DNA of 64,000 nucleotides from Atractiella rhizophila (lineage: Eukaryota). The position numbers were made by a program, and so were the translations under genes. The notes below the pieces were generated by a model. That model was given only the letters and a program-made list of their open reading frames with translations, was not told the origin of the DNA and did not search any database. The stretch is from contig MU271293.1 in the NCBI GenBank assembly GCA_021432655.1, positions 1 through 64,000 of the forward strand. The letters run 5' to 3'. Of this stretch, positions 13,158 through 26,082 are shown in pieces (position 1 is the stretch's first letter; the number at the start of each line of letters is the position of its first letter).

Positions 13158-13461
13158 TACTGTTCCTTGATGACGGACACAAATTTCAACGTGTACAATA
13201 TGAAAAAGTGGACTGGCAAGCAAAAGGTACTGAATTTCATAACGCAAGAAGCTTGAGCCATGGAGGTATTGATACAATGATTAGGGATGAGCATGGGACA
13301 TGCAAGAAAGCCATGGTAATGGTTATCTAAGCGTATACCTAGCGAAATACGAAGGGTACCCTAACTGCAGTCACATCAATCAACAAACTTTCAAGTGGCC
13401 AATGATCAAGAACTCGAACAAGAAAGGGGCACGAATCACAGTTACTTTGACGAAGGAAAGA

Positions 13462-16268
13462 TCATATCACGGCATGTCCTCTCCTCCCTCCCATACCTTG
13501 ACCACCCGAAGCGGTCCTCAGTCTCACATCACCGAAACGGAACTGGTCAAGTATAGGAGAGACGGAGCTGGTCTCCTTGCAGTGTAAGGCATCGTAAAGG
13601 CGCTTGATATGATCGGCCTAGATTCAATGCTATATTAGAATGTTGCATTACCGTAGACAAGAAAAGGCACGAACCTTAGCTTCTAGAGTATCGATACTCT
13701 CTTTCAAATGCTCTGCAAGGGTTCGCCTCCTCTGCGCATTCGATGCTGGGTCCATCGCTCGATACTGATCGGAGAGTTCAATGTAAATTCTGTGATCCAA
13801 CGAACCACGCTTCAGTGCCGTGTCAAAGAAAAAAATGCAGGAAGGGACACACTTCTTATGCACCGCGAAATCCTTCTCCAGTTCCCCCAGCGCTCGCGCA
13901 ACAACAGCCTGTGGGGGCAATTCTTCCCTTTCCGCATACTTCTCCCTCTCCTTCCTTTCCTTATTCCTCGGATAAACAGTCTCTTCCTCTTCGTCGGCAT
14001 CGTCAGCGTCATATCTGAACTGGGCCTGCTGCTGCATGCGTGGTGGAGCAGAGAACGGAGCTTCTTTGCCACCTGCTGTTGTGTGAGAAGCCTTGCGACG
14101 AAGACAGACGGGACATGTTCCCTGCACATGTGCCTTTGGAACATTCTTCAGGATCGTGTTGGCTCGCTGGAAGAGCGCCTCCTCATCCAAAGCTGCCTGT
14201 CTCTCTGGTTTCTTCAGGAGTGGATCAACCGCCTCCAGTCTTGATTTCGGACGCGGGGGGTTCTTCTCCTATTCATCCATCAATGCAAAAATTTCATCAG
14301 CGGCTTCCCTTTTGACTCTGGCAAAATAAAGAAAGAAGGTTACCAACCTTTCTCTCCCTCTCCATTTCAGCTGCTGAAGCTTCCTCCATCTCCTTTCTCA
14401 ACCTCTCCACCTGCTCTTCTCCCACAAAAGCCTTTCCCGTTCTTCTCGGCGTCACAGGTCTCTTCCACTTTCCAGTCTTCGCTGTCCTGACACTCACAGA
14501 GCTCCTCGGCGTCCCAGGGGTCCCGGGGAGAGCAAAGGAGTCGATTTCGGGCAGGGGTGGGAGGTTATCAAAGAGATGTTTTGGAATCGCAGTTTTTGGT
14601 GCCTGTGGTTGTAGTTGAGGTTCGGGTTGAGGAGCAGGAGCTGTGCTTCGCAGATCTCGGTGTCCTCGCTCTTGATGTCTTTCAGCCTCATCATCGTCGG
14701 AAGAGGCGGATTGAGTCCCTAGCAGTCGATCCACGAGACCTTTCACCTCGTCCACCTCCTTTTCCAAGCCTTCCAGCCCCTCTCGGACACCAATCACCTC
14801 GTCCCTCCACACGGCGATCTCCTTCTTCACATCCCCAAGCTCGGTCGCGTATCTTTCTCCTTGCGCAGCGTTGGGGTTGGCTGGTCCGGGTTTGGAGGAT
14901 TGGGGTTGGGATTGGGATTGGAGACGGGAGAGGAGGGTGGAGTGGGCGTTGAGGGAGCGTGTGAGGTGGGAGATGTGTGCGTGAAGGGTTTGGACGAGGG
15001 ATTCTAAGGCTGTTGCGCGGTCAAGAAAATATTTCTGGATCAGTAACATTTTTATTGAAGGAGAAGAAAGACGAACCGGCCCTCTTCTTCCCCTCTTCCC
15101 TCAACCTCTCTTCCACTCCCTCTTTTCCCGCCAGTGTGCCATTCGCTTTCGCATCTCCATCTAATCCGGCAATATGAGACTCAGTACTTCCAATGCCCGA
15201 GTCTCCTTCGCCCTCCTCCTCTTCGTCATCATCAAACTTAGCGCCCAACGACAAGCTACTCTTCCTCTTCAATCCCACCTTCCTCCCCTCGCCTTCTCTA
15301 ATCAAAGACTCCAAATCCCTCACCCTCGCCGCACTGACCGCATTCTCCCTCTCCAAACCCGCCAACCTGCCCCTCAACTGCGCCAAAAGCGACCCCAACG
15401 CCGCATCCTCCTCTTCCTCTCCACCCACCTTCCCACTCCCCGTCCCACTCCCCGTCCCGCTCCCCGTTCCGCTTCCGCTTCCACTGTGAGAGGAAAGCTG
15501 GCGATGACGAGGCGGAGGCGGACGCATGGGCGACGCGAGCCCATCCGTCAATCCCGTGACGTCCGGAACCCGTAGACGGCCTTTCCCGAGATGCGCGTGC
15601 GAGAGGGAGGGCTCGTGTGTTGTCGCGCGGGAGTTGTAGGGTGCGAGAAGGGGCGGGGCGGATTTGGAGATTGAGGACACGGTGGAGTCGACGTCGAGGA
15701 CGACTCGACGGCCTGACGAGGTTGGTTTTTGGACGGTGGATTGCATCGGTGGAGAGGCAGGCTTGATTGGGTTGTTTTTCTTCGAATGTTGAGTTTGATG
15801 CGAAGATGCCGGGTGGTGTATGGGATGATTGGAGGTAGGAGCTGATTTGAGCGCGGAGCCCATGATGGCTTCGAACTCCCTCCTGAGCTCTTTCGCTCGA
15901 TTGTCCATCTCCATCTCCTCCCCCGCTCCTCCCTTCTTCTTCCCAACCAAAATCTCACCTCTCTTAGCCGGTGGCCGTGGAGTAGAAGCCAAGCTCTCTG
16001 GAAAGTCCGTCAAGTTCCCAATGCCCCCTCCCCTCCCAACCTTCAACTGTATCTCGTCCTCAGACTCTGACAACGGTGCCTGGGCAGTCTGCTTAGGTCC
16101 AGAAGAGGAAGAGCGCTCGATGAGGCCACCAGAAGAGTTGGAGTGCATGATGCCGAGGATGGAGCGGCCGGGGGGACGAAGCGAGGTGGGTGGCGGATTG
16201 AGGGTGGGATGACCTGGATGGACGGAGGCGGAGGGACGCAGCGTTGGCGTCATGGGGAACGGCGACAT
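13462..16268 (-). CDS. Spindle pole body protein, Ppc89/Cep57-like (coiled coils + C-terminal Cep57 microtubule-binding domain)
   Basis: C-terminal LPPQAVVARALGELEKDFAVHKK|IYIELSDQY..MDPAS..RRRTLAEHLKESIDTLEAK|ADHIKRLYD; upstream coiled coils; start ATG tentative. Confidence 0.75.
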
Positions 16269-16518
16269 GTTTTCGCTGTGATGGGGTGGTTCACTCGTCC
16301 TCAAATCCTGCCTCAAATCGTTGGTCGTTCTGATGCGAAATTGTTGTTGTTCCTATCCTGTGAGTCACTAACGCGTGATCTTGTCACATGATTTAACTTC
16401 ACCAAGCAATGGACAAAATGGAGTGATAGGGAAAGAATTATTAGGATTCCTCTACGGTTTAATACACACATGCAACTCATCAAAAAGCGACACTGTACAA
16501 GAAAAGCGAATTCTCCAT

Positions 16519-19500
16519 CTACAGCTCCTCCTTCCTCCTCCGACACAGCTCCTTACACCCCGACACCTTTTCCACCTCCTGGCACATCTCCACCTCCGTC
16601 CTCCACTCCAGCGGTATCTCCCACTGCCCATAACGGCTCCACCGTCCCGCCGGGCCTTCGTCCGTCACGATCCTCACGTGTCTCCTTTCCTTGAACGTTT
16701 CCTCCTCCAACCGATTCTCGAGGTACGACCACAGCCAGAGTGGTCGTAGGTCCATATCTGCAGGTCGTAGGTCGGAGAGGTTGGCAGTGGTATGGTGGAG
16801 ATAATTCGGCTCGAGAAGGGCGAGCGTAGGGCGGGAGAGGGAGAGGCGTTCGAGGTCGATGACGGACCATATGAAGCGTCGGTGGAGCCTCACCCCTCGT
16901 CCCTCTTTCCCATCGCCATTGATGACAGTCAGAGCGCTCAGTACGGGGTTTGCGTCGTCTGTGCCGTCCTCGGGAGAGATGGGAGCGAGCACGTCGGCGA
17001 AGAGGGGCAGGAGGAGAGCGCGGTCGCTTTGGAGAGCGGCAGCGACGAGCAGTTGAACTGTGGATTGGATCTCCGCAGGTGTTCCGGACAGGGAGGCGAT
17101 GGAGAGTATGCGCGGCGGGGAGGAGTAGTAGGATCCAACGTCTTGCCAGTAGCCGTATGTGGCAGCGATGAAGAATTTCAAAAACTAGCTCACCAAATCA
17201 GTCGACTTCCAGCAAAAGATTGCAAAGAGAAGGAGCGCACGGTAGTCTCGCAACAAGTCATATGCAATCCCACGCCTTCTTCCCACACGAACCACCCCAT
17301 ATGTCCACCCCAAAAATACCTAGGCTCGAGCACCCTAACCCTCATCCCATTCCTCCCCGTGAACTCCATCGCCTGCTCCGCCTCGTTTCCGCCTTCCACT
17401 TCTCGTCCAGCTTCCGACTTCAACACGTCATTCACATGGTCTTGATCCCACCCGCCGTCCGCGTCGAGGCGGCGGAGGACTTCGACCCAGAGCGATTTGG
17501 AGAGGGGCGAAGGGGGGTGGCTGAAGAATCCGATGTTGACCCACCGTCTGTGGCCTTCGTTCTGGATCTGCAAATCCCATTTTCCTTCGTCGTCTTCCAT
17601 GATATCCCATGGGTCTCTGTATGATGTATCAATCTTTTTCTTCTTCATAAACAAGAGAGGAAAGAACAAACCTCTTCAGGAAGAAGTCTCCATCGGCAAA
17701 GACCACCCTCCAATCCTCTGCCACCTCCACCAACCCGCTTATCTTAGCTCTAACTGCTCGCCTCATTTGCTCCTCTTTATCCTTCGCCACCTCCTCATAA
17801 TCCTGCAAGAAAGCCCAAACTCCCATCTTTCCACACTGTTCCAGACAACCTTCGTCTAAACACAGAACAAGCAGTTCCTCTCTCCCTCTCCCCGAAGCGT
17901 GTTCGCTGTTCAAGTTGGACAGAAACATCGATAGGTGGGACGTCGCATGGGAAGCATACAATGTATCGGCTACTGTTAGCCACAAAGCATGGGTCCCAAC
18001 TGTCGGGATGTTAATCAATAGCTCAGTCAAATTCGTCCCTCTCATCTGTATCGGCTTGACGCTGTCATTGGGAGACAACGCGAGGGAAGCGTTCCAAGGA
18101 TCGAGGACGGAAGCGATGGGTAGACGGTCACGGAGGTGGGGTGCATGTGGGAGGACGAGGAGGAAGAGATACACCAAGCTCCAAAGCGCCTGAAAGATGA
18201 TTCGTTGCTTCGAGATCGGATCGGGGGAGTGCGAGGAGGCGATGGAACCTGCAGAGCGGGAGCGGGTCATCATCGCCATGCCTTGGGAAGCGGGCGAGGT
18301 GTTGGTGGAGAAGGCGAAGGCTGATACGGGTGTGTTTCCGTCGCTCTCTTCGTTCCATCCACTCGCATCCACGGTGTAGCTCATGCTGTCTTTGCTCCTA
18401 TTCCTCATATGCCCTTGTCCCTGCCCTTGTCCCTGACCTTGAGCAGGGATCGGTGCAAATAATTCCACACTGCTGCTTTGTGAACTCGTTCCTTGATGTC
18501 CTCTCCCACCCATTCCGACACTTCTGAGCCTACTCGATATTTGGGATTGTGTGAAAGGATGGGAACTGCGAGTGAAAGACAGAACGGTTAGTGTGTAGAT
18601 GGTGAAGCTGCCTATGGCGAACCCTGCGACTGAAGCCAAGAAGGAGGAAGAGAGTCGCAGATATGTAAGAATAACGAGCGTCGAGAGCGAAGAGAGGGGA
18701 GGTAGTAGCTGACTGTATCCCAAGTCGGAGAGAGATATATATGTCACTCTTGAAGCCAAGCTGGAAAGAACGTAGGTTCCCATCAAGACGCCGTCATGGA
18801 GGGAAAGGCGAACAATGAAGCCGTGGAGGGACGCGCGTTCGAATGAGAGAGAGAGGAGAAAGGCTGTACATGCTGCCGTCTTCGTTCGCCTCAATTAGCT
18901 TTGTATCCGCGCTATAGCGAAAAAAGATGAGAGGAGCAATCTCACATACAACCGCGCTTCTTCCTCTGAGTCCATCTGCTTTGCTCCACCATACCAGCCC
19001 AAATCCAACGACGCGCATTCCGACGTTGGAAAAGAAGACCTTGAATGCTTCTTGAGAGAGTGAGCTTGGGATTTGGAGGATCAGGAGGGAGATCGCGAGG
19101 AGGGAGAGGCGAGAAAGAGAGGTGGGGAGTGGGAGAGAGTGGACGAGGGACAGAAGCAAGAGGAGAGGAGGCTGTCCCACCAAACATCAGCTTCGTTCGG
19201 CCTCAAACTATTGTCCATCATGATGTGGTCTTATATATATTCACAGATGTTTTGCTAGCAAGCTAAGACCCAATTGCAAGACGAAAAGCAAAAACCCACC
19301 TCAACAGCCAAAATAGCAGCATTTCCCTCCGAACTTGATCCCAAGCTCCACAACGACAGAACAGCGCCAATCCCAGCAAGGAAGCCAGAAACGAGACCCA
19401 ATACACCCTCCGCCTTCTGTTCCACCGCCATGTACACGTCCTTTTGCCTGCTAAAAGCCCATGCAGCCAAAGTAGTTGCCCCAAATAACAGAGCGATTGG

Positions 19501-19647
19501 CACTCCGCCCTCGCTCCCTCCTCCATCCTGTGCCGAAGAGACGGTTGAAGGGCTAGGATAGGAAGATAAGAGCCAGAGTAGGGAGCCTACGCTGGCTGTA
19601 TTGGTTGTGAAGTGGAGGAGGGACGAAGAGACGAGTGGTAAATCCAT
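16519..19647 (-). CDS. Multi-pass membrane protein with C-terminal nucleotide-diphospho-sugar transferase (GT77-like) domain
   Basis: About 10 hydrophobic segments in the N-terminal region, a Ser-rich linker, one more TM, then VLCLD, VVFADGD (DxD), WDLQIQNE..VNIGFF, WDQDHVN and LHMTCC motifs. Confidence 0.72.
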
Positions 19648-20068
19648 TTCTGCCTCCAAAGTCGTCGATCACGGCGAGACGTGTCCAGCGTTTTCGAAAG
19701 CCCACGGTTACAGTGCCGTAGAAAGCATTGGAGAGTGGTCAGGACGTCAGGACGTCAGGGATGAGTGCTCGATGACTTGATTGCTAAACTGCAAAATGTA
19801 GCGTTGATTGTCTGTGGAAAGCGGTCCCGAACAAAATCTATGATGAGCGCGAGATTCATTTCGTAATGGTTAGTCAAGACAAATGCTGCAGCTTAATGCA
19901 AGGAAATTATGTGGGGGTCTGTTTCACTCGTTCGCTGTGTACGAAAAATGAGCATGACAGTCTTGCATCCTAGTTGTATAGCTCCAAAAAGCGTCTGACA
20001 CGAGCGCACAGTAAATGTCCATTCCCTTCCCTCCATCCTACTCTGCTTCCTTACCTACCGGCTCTTCT

Positions 20069-20401
20069 TCAATGCTTATCAGTGTACGGGACCTGGTAAG
20101 GGGACGAGTATGGTCCATCGTCATCAGCCCTCTCCAAATCGTCCTTCTCATCCCCATAATGCTCCTTCCTCTCCCCAGTGACCAATCCGGTCCTGGAGCT
20201 ATTAGCGCCAGGGTTCATAATGGGGTGATAGCTAGGCATGGGACCTGACGGTGTCGCAGGGACGCGATCACCAGAGACGGAGGAACGGGGTTGATTGCCG
20301 AACAAGGTGCTGGTCGGGAAGCCGCGGGAGGTCTGAAGCGCCTTGTAGGAGGTCTCTTCGAGTTGGCGGACGTAGGAACGGGTGATGTGGATGAGGTAGA
20401 A
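20069..20401 (-). pseudogene. Duplicate 3' fragment of the tetraspanin-like gene (probably allelic/assembly copy)
   Basis: Encodes YLIHITRSYVRQLEE...PYTDKH, identical in protein to 21970-22302; cut at the poly-A run. Confidence 0.6.
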
Positions 20402-20428
20402 AAAAAAAAAAAAAAAAAAAAAAAAAAA
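20400..20428. repeat. 29-nt poly-A run at duplication junction (possible masked scaffold gap)
   Basis: A29 sits exactly between the two repeat units. Confidence 0.9.
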
Positions 20429-21556
20429 CACTTCTGAGCCTACTCGATATTTGGGATTGTGTGAAAGGATGGGAACTGCGAGTGAAAGACAGAACGGTTA
20501 GTGTGTAGATGGTGAAGCTGCCCATGGCGAACCCTGTGACTGAAGCCAAGAAGGAGGAAGAGAGTCGCAGGTATGTAAGAATAACGAGCGTTGAGAGTGA
20601 AGAGAGGGGAGGTAGTAGCTGACTGTATCCCAAGTCGGAGAGAGATACATATGTCACTCTTGAAGCCAAGCTGGAAAGAACATAGGTTCCCATCAAAACG
20701 CCGTCATGGAGGGAAAGGCGAAAAATGAAGCTGTTGAGGGATGGCCGCTCGAATGACAGAGAGAGGAGAAAGGCTGTACATGCTGCCGTCTTCGTTCGCC
20801 TCAATTAGCTTTGTATCCGCGCTATAGGGAAAAAAGATGAGAGGAGCAATCTCACATACAACCGCGCTTCTTCCTCTGAGTCCATCTGCTTTGCTCCACC
20901 TTACCAGCCCAAATCCAACGACGCGCATTCCGAAGTTGGAAAAGAAGACCTTGAATGCTTCTTGAGAGAGTGAGCTTGGGATTTGGAGGATCAAGAGGGC
21001 GACAGCGAGGAGGGAGAGACGAGAAAGAGAGGTGGGGAGTGGCAGAGAGTGGACGAGGGAGAGAAGTAACAGGAGAGGAGGCTGCACCACCAAACATCAG
21101 CTTCGTTCGGCCTCAAACTATTGTCCATCATGATATGGTCTTATATATATTCACAGATGTTTTGCTAGCAAGCGAAGACCCAATTGCAAGACAAAGAGCA
21201 AAACCCACCTCAACAGCCAAAATAGCAGCATTTCCCTCCGAACTTGCTCCCAAGCTCCACAACGACAGAACAGCGCCAATCCCAGCAAGGAAGCCAACAA
21301 TGAGACCCAATACACCCTCCACCTTCTGTTCCACAGCCATGTACACGTCCTTTTGCCTGCTAAAAGCCCATGCAGTCAAAGTAATTACCCCAAATAACAG
21401 AGCAATTGGCACTCCGCCCTCGCTTCCTCCTCCATCCTGTGCCGAAGAAACGGTTGAAGGGCGAGCATAAGAAGATAAGAGCCAGAGTAGGGAGCCTACG
21501 CTGGCTGTATTGGTTGTGAAGTGGAGGAGGGACGAAGAGACGAGCGGCAAATCCAT
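20428..21556 (-). pseudogene. Duplicate 5' fragment of the multi-TM/GT77-like gene (probably allelic/assembly copy)
   Basis: MDLPLVSSSLLHF... to ...QISSRLRS, with introns retained and several amino-acid differences from 18518-19647; truncated at the poly-A run. Confidence 0.6.
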
Positions 21557-21969
21557 TTCTGCCTCCAAAGTCGTCGATTACGCGAGACGTGTCCAGCGTT
21601 TTCGAAAGCCCACAGTTACAGTGCCGTAGAAAGCATTGGAGAGTGGTCAGGACGTCAGGGATGAGTACTCGATGACTTGATTGCTAAACTGCAAAATGTA
21701 GCGTTGATTGTCTATGGAAAGCGGTCCCGAACACAGTCTATGATGAGCGCGAGATACTGAACGTAATGGGTTAGTCAAGACAAATGCTGCAGCTTAATGC
21801 AAGGAAATTATGTGGGTGTCTGTTTCACTCGTTCGCTGTGTACGAAAAATGAGCATGACAGTCTTGCATCCTAGTTGTATAGCTACAAAAAGCGTCTGAC
21901 ACGAGCGCACAGTAAAAGTCCATTCCCTTCCGTCCATCCTACTCTGCTTCCTTACCTGCCAGCTCTTCT

Positions 21970-22994
21970 TCAATGCTTATCGGTGTACGGGACCTGGTAA
22001 GGGGACGAGTACGGTCCATCGTCATCAGCCCTCTCCAAATCGTCCTTCTCATCGCCATAATGCTCCTTCCTCTCCCCAGTGACCAATCCGGTCCTGGAGC
22101 TATTAGCGCCAGGGTTCATAATGGGGTGATAGCTAGGCATCGGACCTGACGGTGTAGCAGGGACGCGATCACCAGAGACGGAGGAACGGGGTTGATTGCC
22201 GAACAAGGTGCTGGTCGGGAAGCCGCGGGAGGTTTGAAGCGCCTTGTAGGAGGTCTCTTCGAGTTGTCGGACGTAGGAACGGGTGATGTGGATGAGGTAG
22301 AATTGGATGAAGATTTGGACGATGAAGACGGCGAGGAAGATGTAGCGGTTGGTGGAGGACAGGTCGTGGCAAATGTCGTCGGCATTGTCGACCTTGTCGA
22401 GCGCCTTCAAGCTGCACCACACTCAGCTCTGTACAGATTGCTAAGATGGTGACAAGCACAAAACTTACCAGTCACGTTCGATCTTGTCACGGTTAGTGAA
22501 CAGGAAAACAATGTAGAAGACGCCAGTAGCGATGTAAACTCCCAATTGGTACTTTTCAACCACAAAATGTCAACCACAGCCATATGCCAAGAATGAAAGA
22601 AAATGCTTACAGTTTGAGCCCAAGCAAACGCCTTCACGAGCCGCCTGTTCCTGAAGATGGAGCCGAAGAATCCGAGCAAGGAGAGCAATGAACAGATGGC
22701 AGCGATTGATCCATACACAATTGCTGGTATGAGGATGCTTTTCGGTGGGCTATCCAGACCTGTCACCGACACAAAATGAAACCTTCGCTTGGCGGGTAGG
22801 CAAGCAACGCACGTCGAAGCTGGAAAAATATTCCAAAGGCTGTCAAGGCATTACCCAAGAATCCGAACAGGGATAGGATAAACACTCCAAATCGGACGGG
22901 GAGACTGTTCCATCCCACATTTCCTCTCAACACCGTTTCCATTGATACCAACAAAGGAAGGAGAGGCGCACCAAAACAGAAAGTGTCTACTCAT
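21970..22994 (-). CDS. Tetraspanin-like four-TM membrane protein
   Basis: Spliced start MSRHFLFC|LPVRFGVFILS, LLGFFGSIFRNRRLVKAF, Cys-containing loop (DDICHD), fourth TM YIFLAVFIVQIFIQFYLIHI. Confidence 0.65.
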
Positions 22995-24384
22995 TTTCGT
23001 AATGTATTCGGAGGGAAAATGAAGTCGTAAGGGGGGTTAGAGGGTGCTGGTTCGTGAGAGAAATGGATGGAGGAGGTACGGATATCCTCTTGGTCCTTTT
23101 ATGTTGAGAGTTACAGCCGCGTCCTAAGTAATTACCCCCGAACTGCGAAAGCTCCGTGGTCGTATTTTCCAAACGTACTGTGCGCCAGCGGATTCCTGAC
23201 TATGCACAGCCAAGAACTTTAAAGGTCAGCTCACAACTCCTTCGACACGGATATCGAGCTAAGTTATGGCGTGGCAGCTGAAGAACGCCTTTGCATCGAT
23301 TTACACAAGTCCACAATCACTACTTCCTGTGCCCGTAGTTTCGAGGCATGAAAGACTTGGCTTTTCTGCACATGGGCAGGAGGTTCCTTTACTAGTAGGA
23401 ACTGTATGATCGTGATGAAGAAGTCAACCAACTTCTCTGAGCTAGCCCACGTTAACATCTCTTCACGTGCGAGAAGTTATCATATTCAGTCCTAGATTTT
23501 CTTCTCTGAGTTCTCTCCATGAAAGAAACGAGAGGAGCCATTCAACGAGGATGTGTCCTAAGAAAAGAACTCTCCTCAATAGTGCCTGTGCGGGTTTACA
23601 CTCTCCTTGTTGTTCTTGGACTTTCATTTGCAACTATTTCAGTTCAAATAGCTTCAGTGGCGGGCGATGTTGCACTATGGTTAAAATTCAGAATAGATTT
23701 CAATGCAATCACCAGCCCTAAGTTACGCTGAGTAGAGGAGAGAGGTTTTTCAAACGGCAGAATCAGACGATTCGACCCAGACAGGCCCAAAAGAAGAGAA
23801 TCCCGAGACAACGCTGAGTCTATTAGAGGTAGAGGGTTAGATTTGAAAGTCGCACAAATCTGAAAGGCAGAGACGAAGGAAAAATCCAAAGTGGGAAGGA
23901 GAAAGAATAAAAAGGAACAAAGTTGGTTTGGGAGGAGAGGTGGAGGTGGAGGGAATAAATGCGCGTATCGTCCTTCACCAACGACTATCTGAACTTCTAT
24001 CGGAAAGCAGTCTATTCATACAACGAAAATCGAACTGTTAAACTGGATGTGAGTGGAAATAAGGAGGAGAATGGGTCGGAGATGCATCATGCAGGCTTGA
24101 GGAGGATGGGACACTAAATTCGATGGAGAAGAGAAGAAACCGGCAAAACACCCTCCAATCAAGCACTCCAAGGCATCCATTTGATTTGGGTCGATTTGAA
24201 AATCAGACAAAGTACAGAGCTACGGATAATGGAGGCAAGAGAGGCTAGAAGAGAAATCCGAATCGTTCGTGGTTCGGTAGGTGGGTGAATGGGATTGAGA
24301 TTGGAGAGGATGAATGATAAGATGAGGCACGGAATGCTTCGTGTGGATCGAGTGAATGAGATGGTGGTCGATGAAGTGGGTCAT

Positions 24385-25199
24385 TTATGAAATGGTGCAT
24401 TTGGACTCCTGTGGTTGTTGGTCCGGATTGAGCTCTTTCTCCATTTCCTGAACTATGAACTCAAAGATCCTGTTCACGTTCTCGCTCGTTTTGGCCGACG
24501 TTTCGATAAAAGGACAATGCAACTTTTTAGCCAGCTCCTGTCCTTGCTCGGGCGATACTTGTCTGTTCAACCGAGTGCCGGCAACGTCAGTGCCGTTTCA
24601 CTTACCAGATGAGGTGGCGAAAAAGTGCTCACCGAGCCTGATTGAGGTCGCACTTGTTTCCGACGAGGATCATGGGGAAAGAATCGCGCCCGGTGAAGTC
24701 TGAAATCTTCTGTTTGATGAGTTGGGCGACTTTGAAAGAATTCGGGTTGTCCACTGCATAGCACATTATCCAACCATGGAAACCGACCGCCTGTCGATTC
24801 TGAAGAATCGTATACTCATCCTACATCACTCGGTTCAGCATCTCTGCATATTTCACGAGCCGAATACATACATGCCCAGCCGTGTCGTAAATCTCCAACG
24901 CATAATCCTGACCCTTATACTTGATAGTCTTATTCAAAGTTTGTTCGATTGTTGGGTAATAATTATCGACGAAGAGACCTTCTACGAATCTTCCAGAAAT
25001 GGAGGATTTGCCTGCCGACGCAGAGGACAAACAAATCACGCATCAGCATGCCGCCACGACCACAATCCCGAAAGAGGAGGAACAAGTCATGAGCCGACTC
25101 ACCGACTGCTCTCGAGCCCATAATAGCGATTCTCCTCGTTCTAGGTCCAATAGGCTTTCCAGACGGCGTAAGTCTCGGTTTTTCTTCGACTCCAGGCAT
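24385..25199 (-). CDS. RHB1: Rheb small GTPase
   Basis: G1 GSRAVGKSS with the Rheb-type Arg, effector YYPTIE, G3 DTAGH|DEY, G4 GNKCDL, G5 ETSAK, CaaX CTIS. Confidence 0.92.
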
Positions 25200-26082
25200 A
25201 TTGAACAATCTTCACTCGCAAAAGCTCAAAAATCGACGTTTCAAATCGTGCGGTGCGGTTGTTATGAGGTCGTCTGAGGAGCTTGGAAAAGGAAGAGTAG
25301 GGGAAGAAAGGGTTTATGAGGGGGAGAGGAGCGTCGAAGTATAGATGGGAGATGAGATGGTTTGGGAGAGATATCGATGGAGGCGTCGTCGTTTTCGTTG
25401 CAAAGTTCGAGGCGGAAGAGGCGCAAAAAAGCGGGCAGGACCCCCGGATCTGAGCATGTACGTACATTCGACCTTATCTCGGTTATCGTCCATTCATCCA
25501 CAATCTTTTCATCTCCGCCAGGCAATTGGAATCTGAATTCCAAAGAACTTCTGAATTCTTTCATTTCTTCTCATTTTGGCTGAGCTTGGGCAAGGATGGA
25601 GTGCAATTGGGCACTCGAATACCTCAAACTGTCACAGATAAGCAATTCACTCGCCGATCATGTCAACGTCTGCTTCGAACTCTGTCCCCGGGACGTCTTT
25701 TGGAAACTTATCGCTGTTTCTGTTTCTGAGACCCCCTTCTTGGGATTGACGTGAAGATGAGGAAACATCGCTTCGAATCTATCAGTCGATGGAAAGGTTA
25801 ACAAGATTACAGATTACGAGATGAATCGATGCCCGGGTCTGCAAGATTAAGGAACCCATGTCGGGAAAGCGAGGAACGTGAGAGTCGGGAGAGCGACAAG
25901 GAGGATAGGTTCTGACCAGCTGATAGGTGCTAGAGCAGTAGACCGTTTGTGTACATTTATTGGATAATACATTTCACAACCAATACTTGCTTAGTACTAT
26001 AGAGAATATCACATTCGCCCAAGTCCACGTTCTCATCCACAATCTTTTTCTTTCAAGTCTTCCATGATAGAACAAAAACGAC

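Larger units (their letters stand above)
18518..22302. repeat. Imperfect tandem duplication of ~1.88 kb (18518-20401 vs 20428-22302) separated by a poly-A run
   Basis: Direct sequence match with offset 1910 at the start and 1901 at the end; many substitutions and small indels (e.g. caggacgtcaggacgtcaggga vs caggacgtcaggga). Confidence 0.97.

Noticed and set aside
15425..15486. Short tandem repeats (CCACTCCCCGTC-like)
   Set aside because: Simply encode a GSGT linker in the Ppc89-like protein; not CRISPR-like or mobile.
16371..16376. MCB-like ACGCGT upstream of the SPB gene
   Set aside because: A single hexamer that also occurs elsewhere in the window; insufficient support.
20400..20428. Poly-A run as a retrotransposition/processed-pseudogene tail
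   Set aside because: It is poly-T on the coding strand of both flanking genes, the duplicated unit keeps introns and intergenic DNA, and no target-site duplication is evident.
20069..20804. Poly-Phe ORFs (MFFFFFF..., ...SVFFFFFF) as novel chimeric proteins
   Set aside because: They are produced by reading through the junction A-run, which is probably a masked gap.
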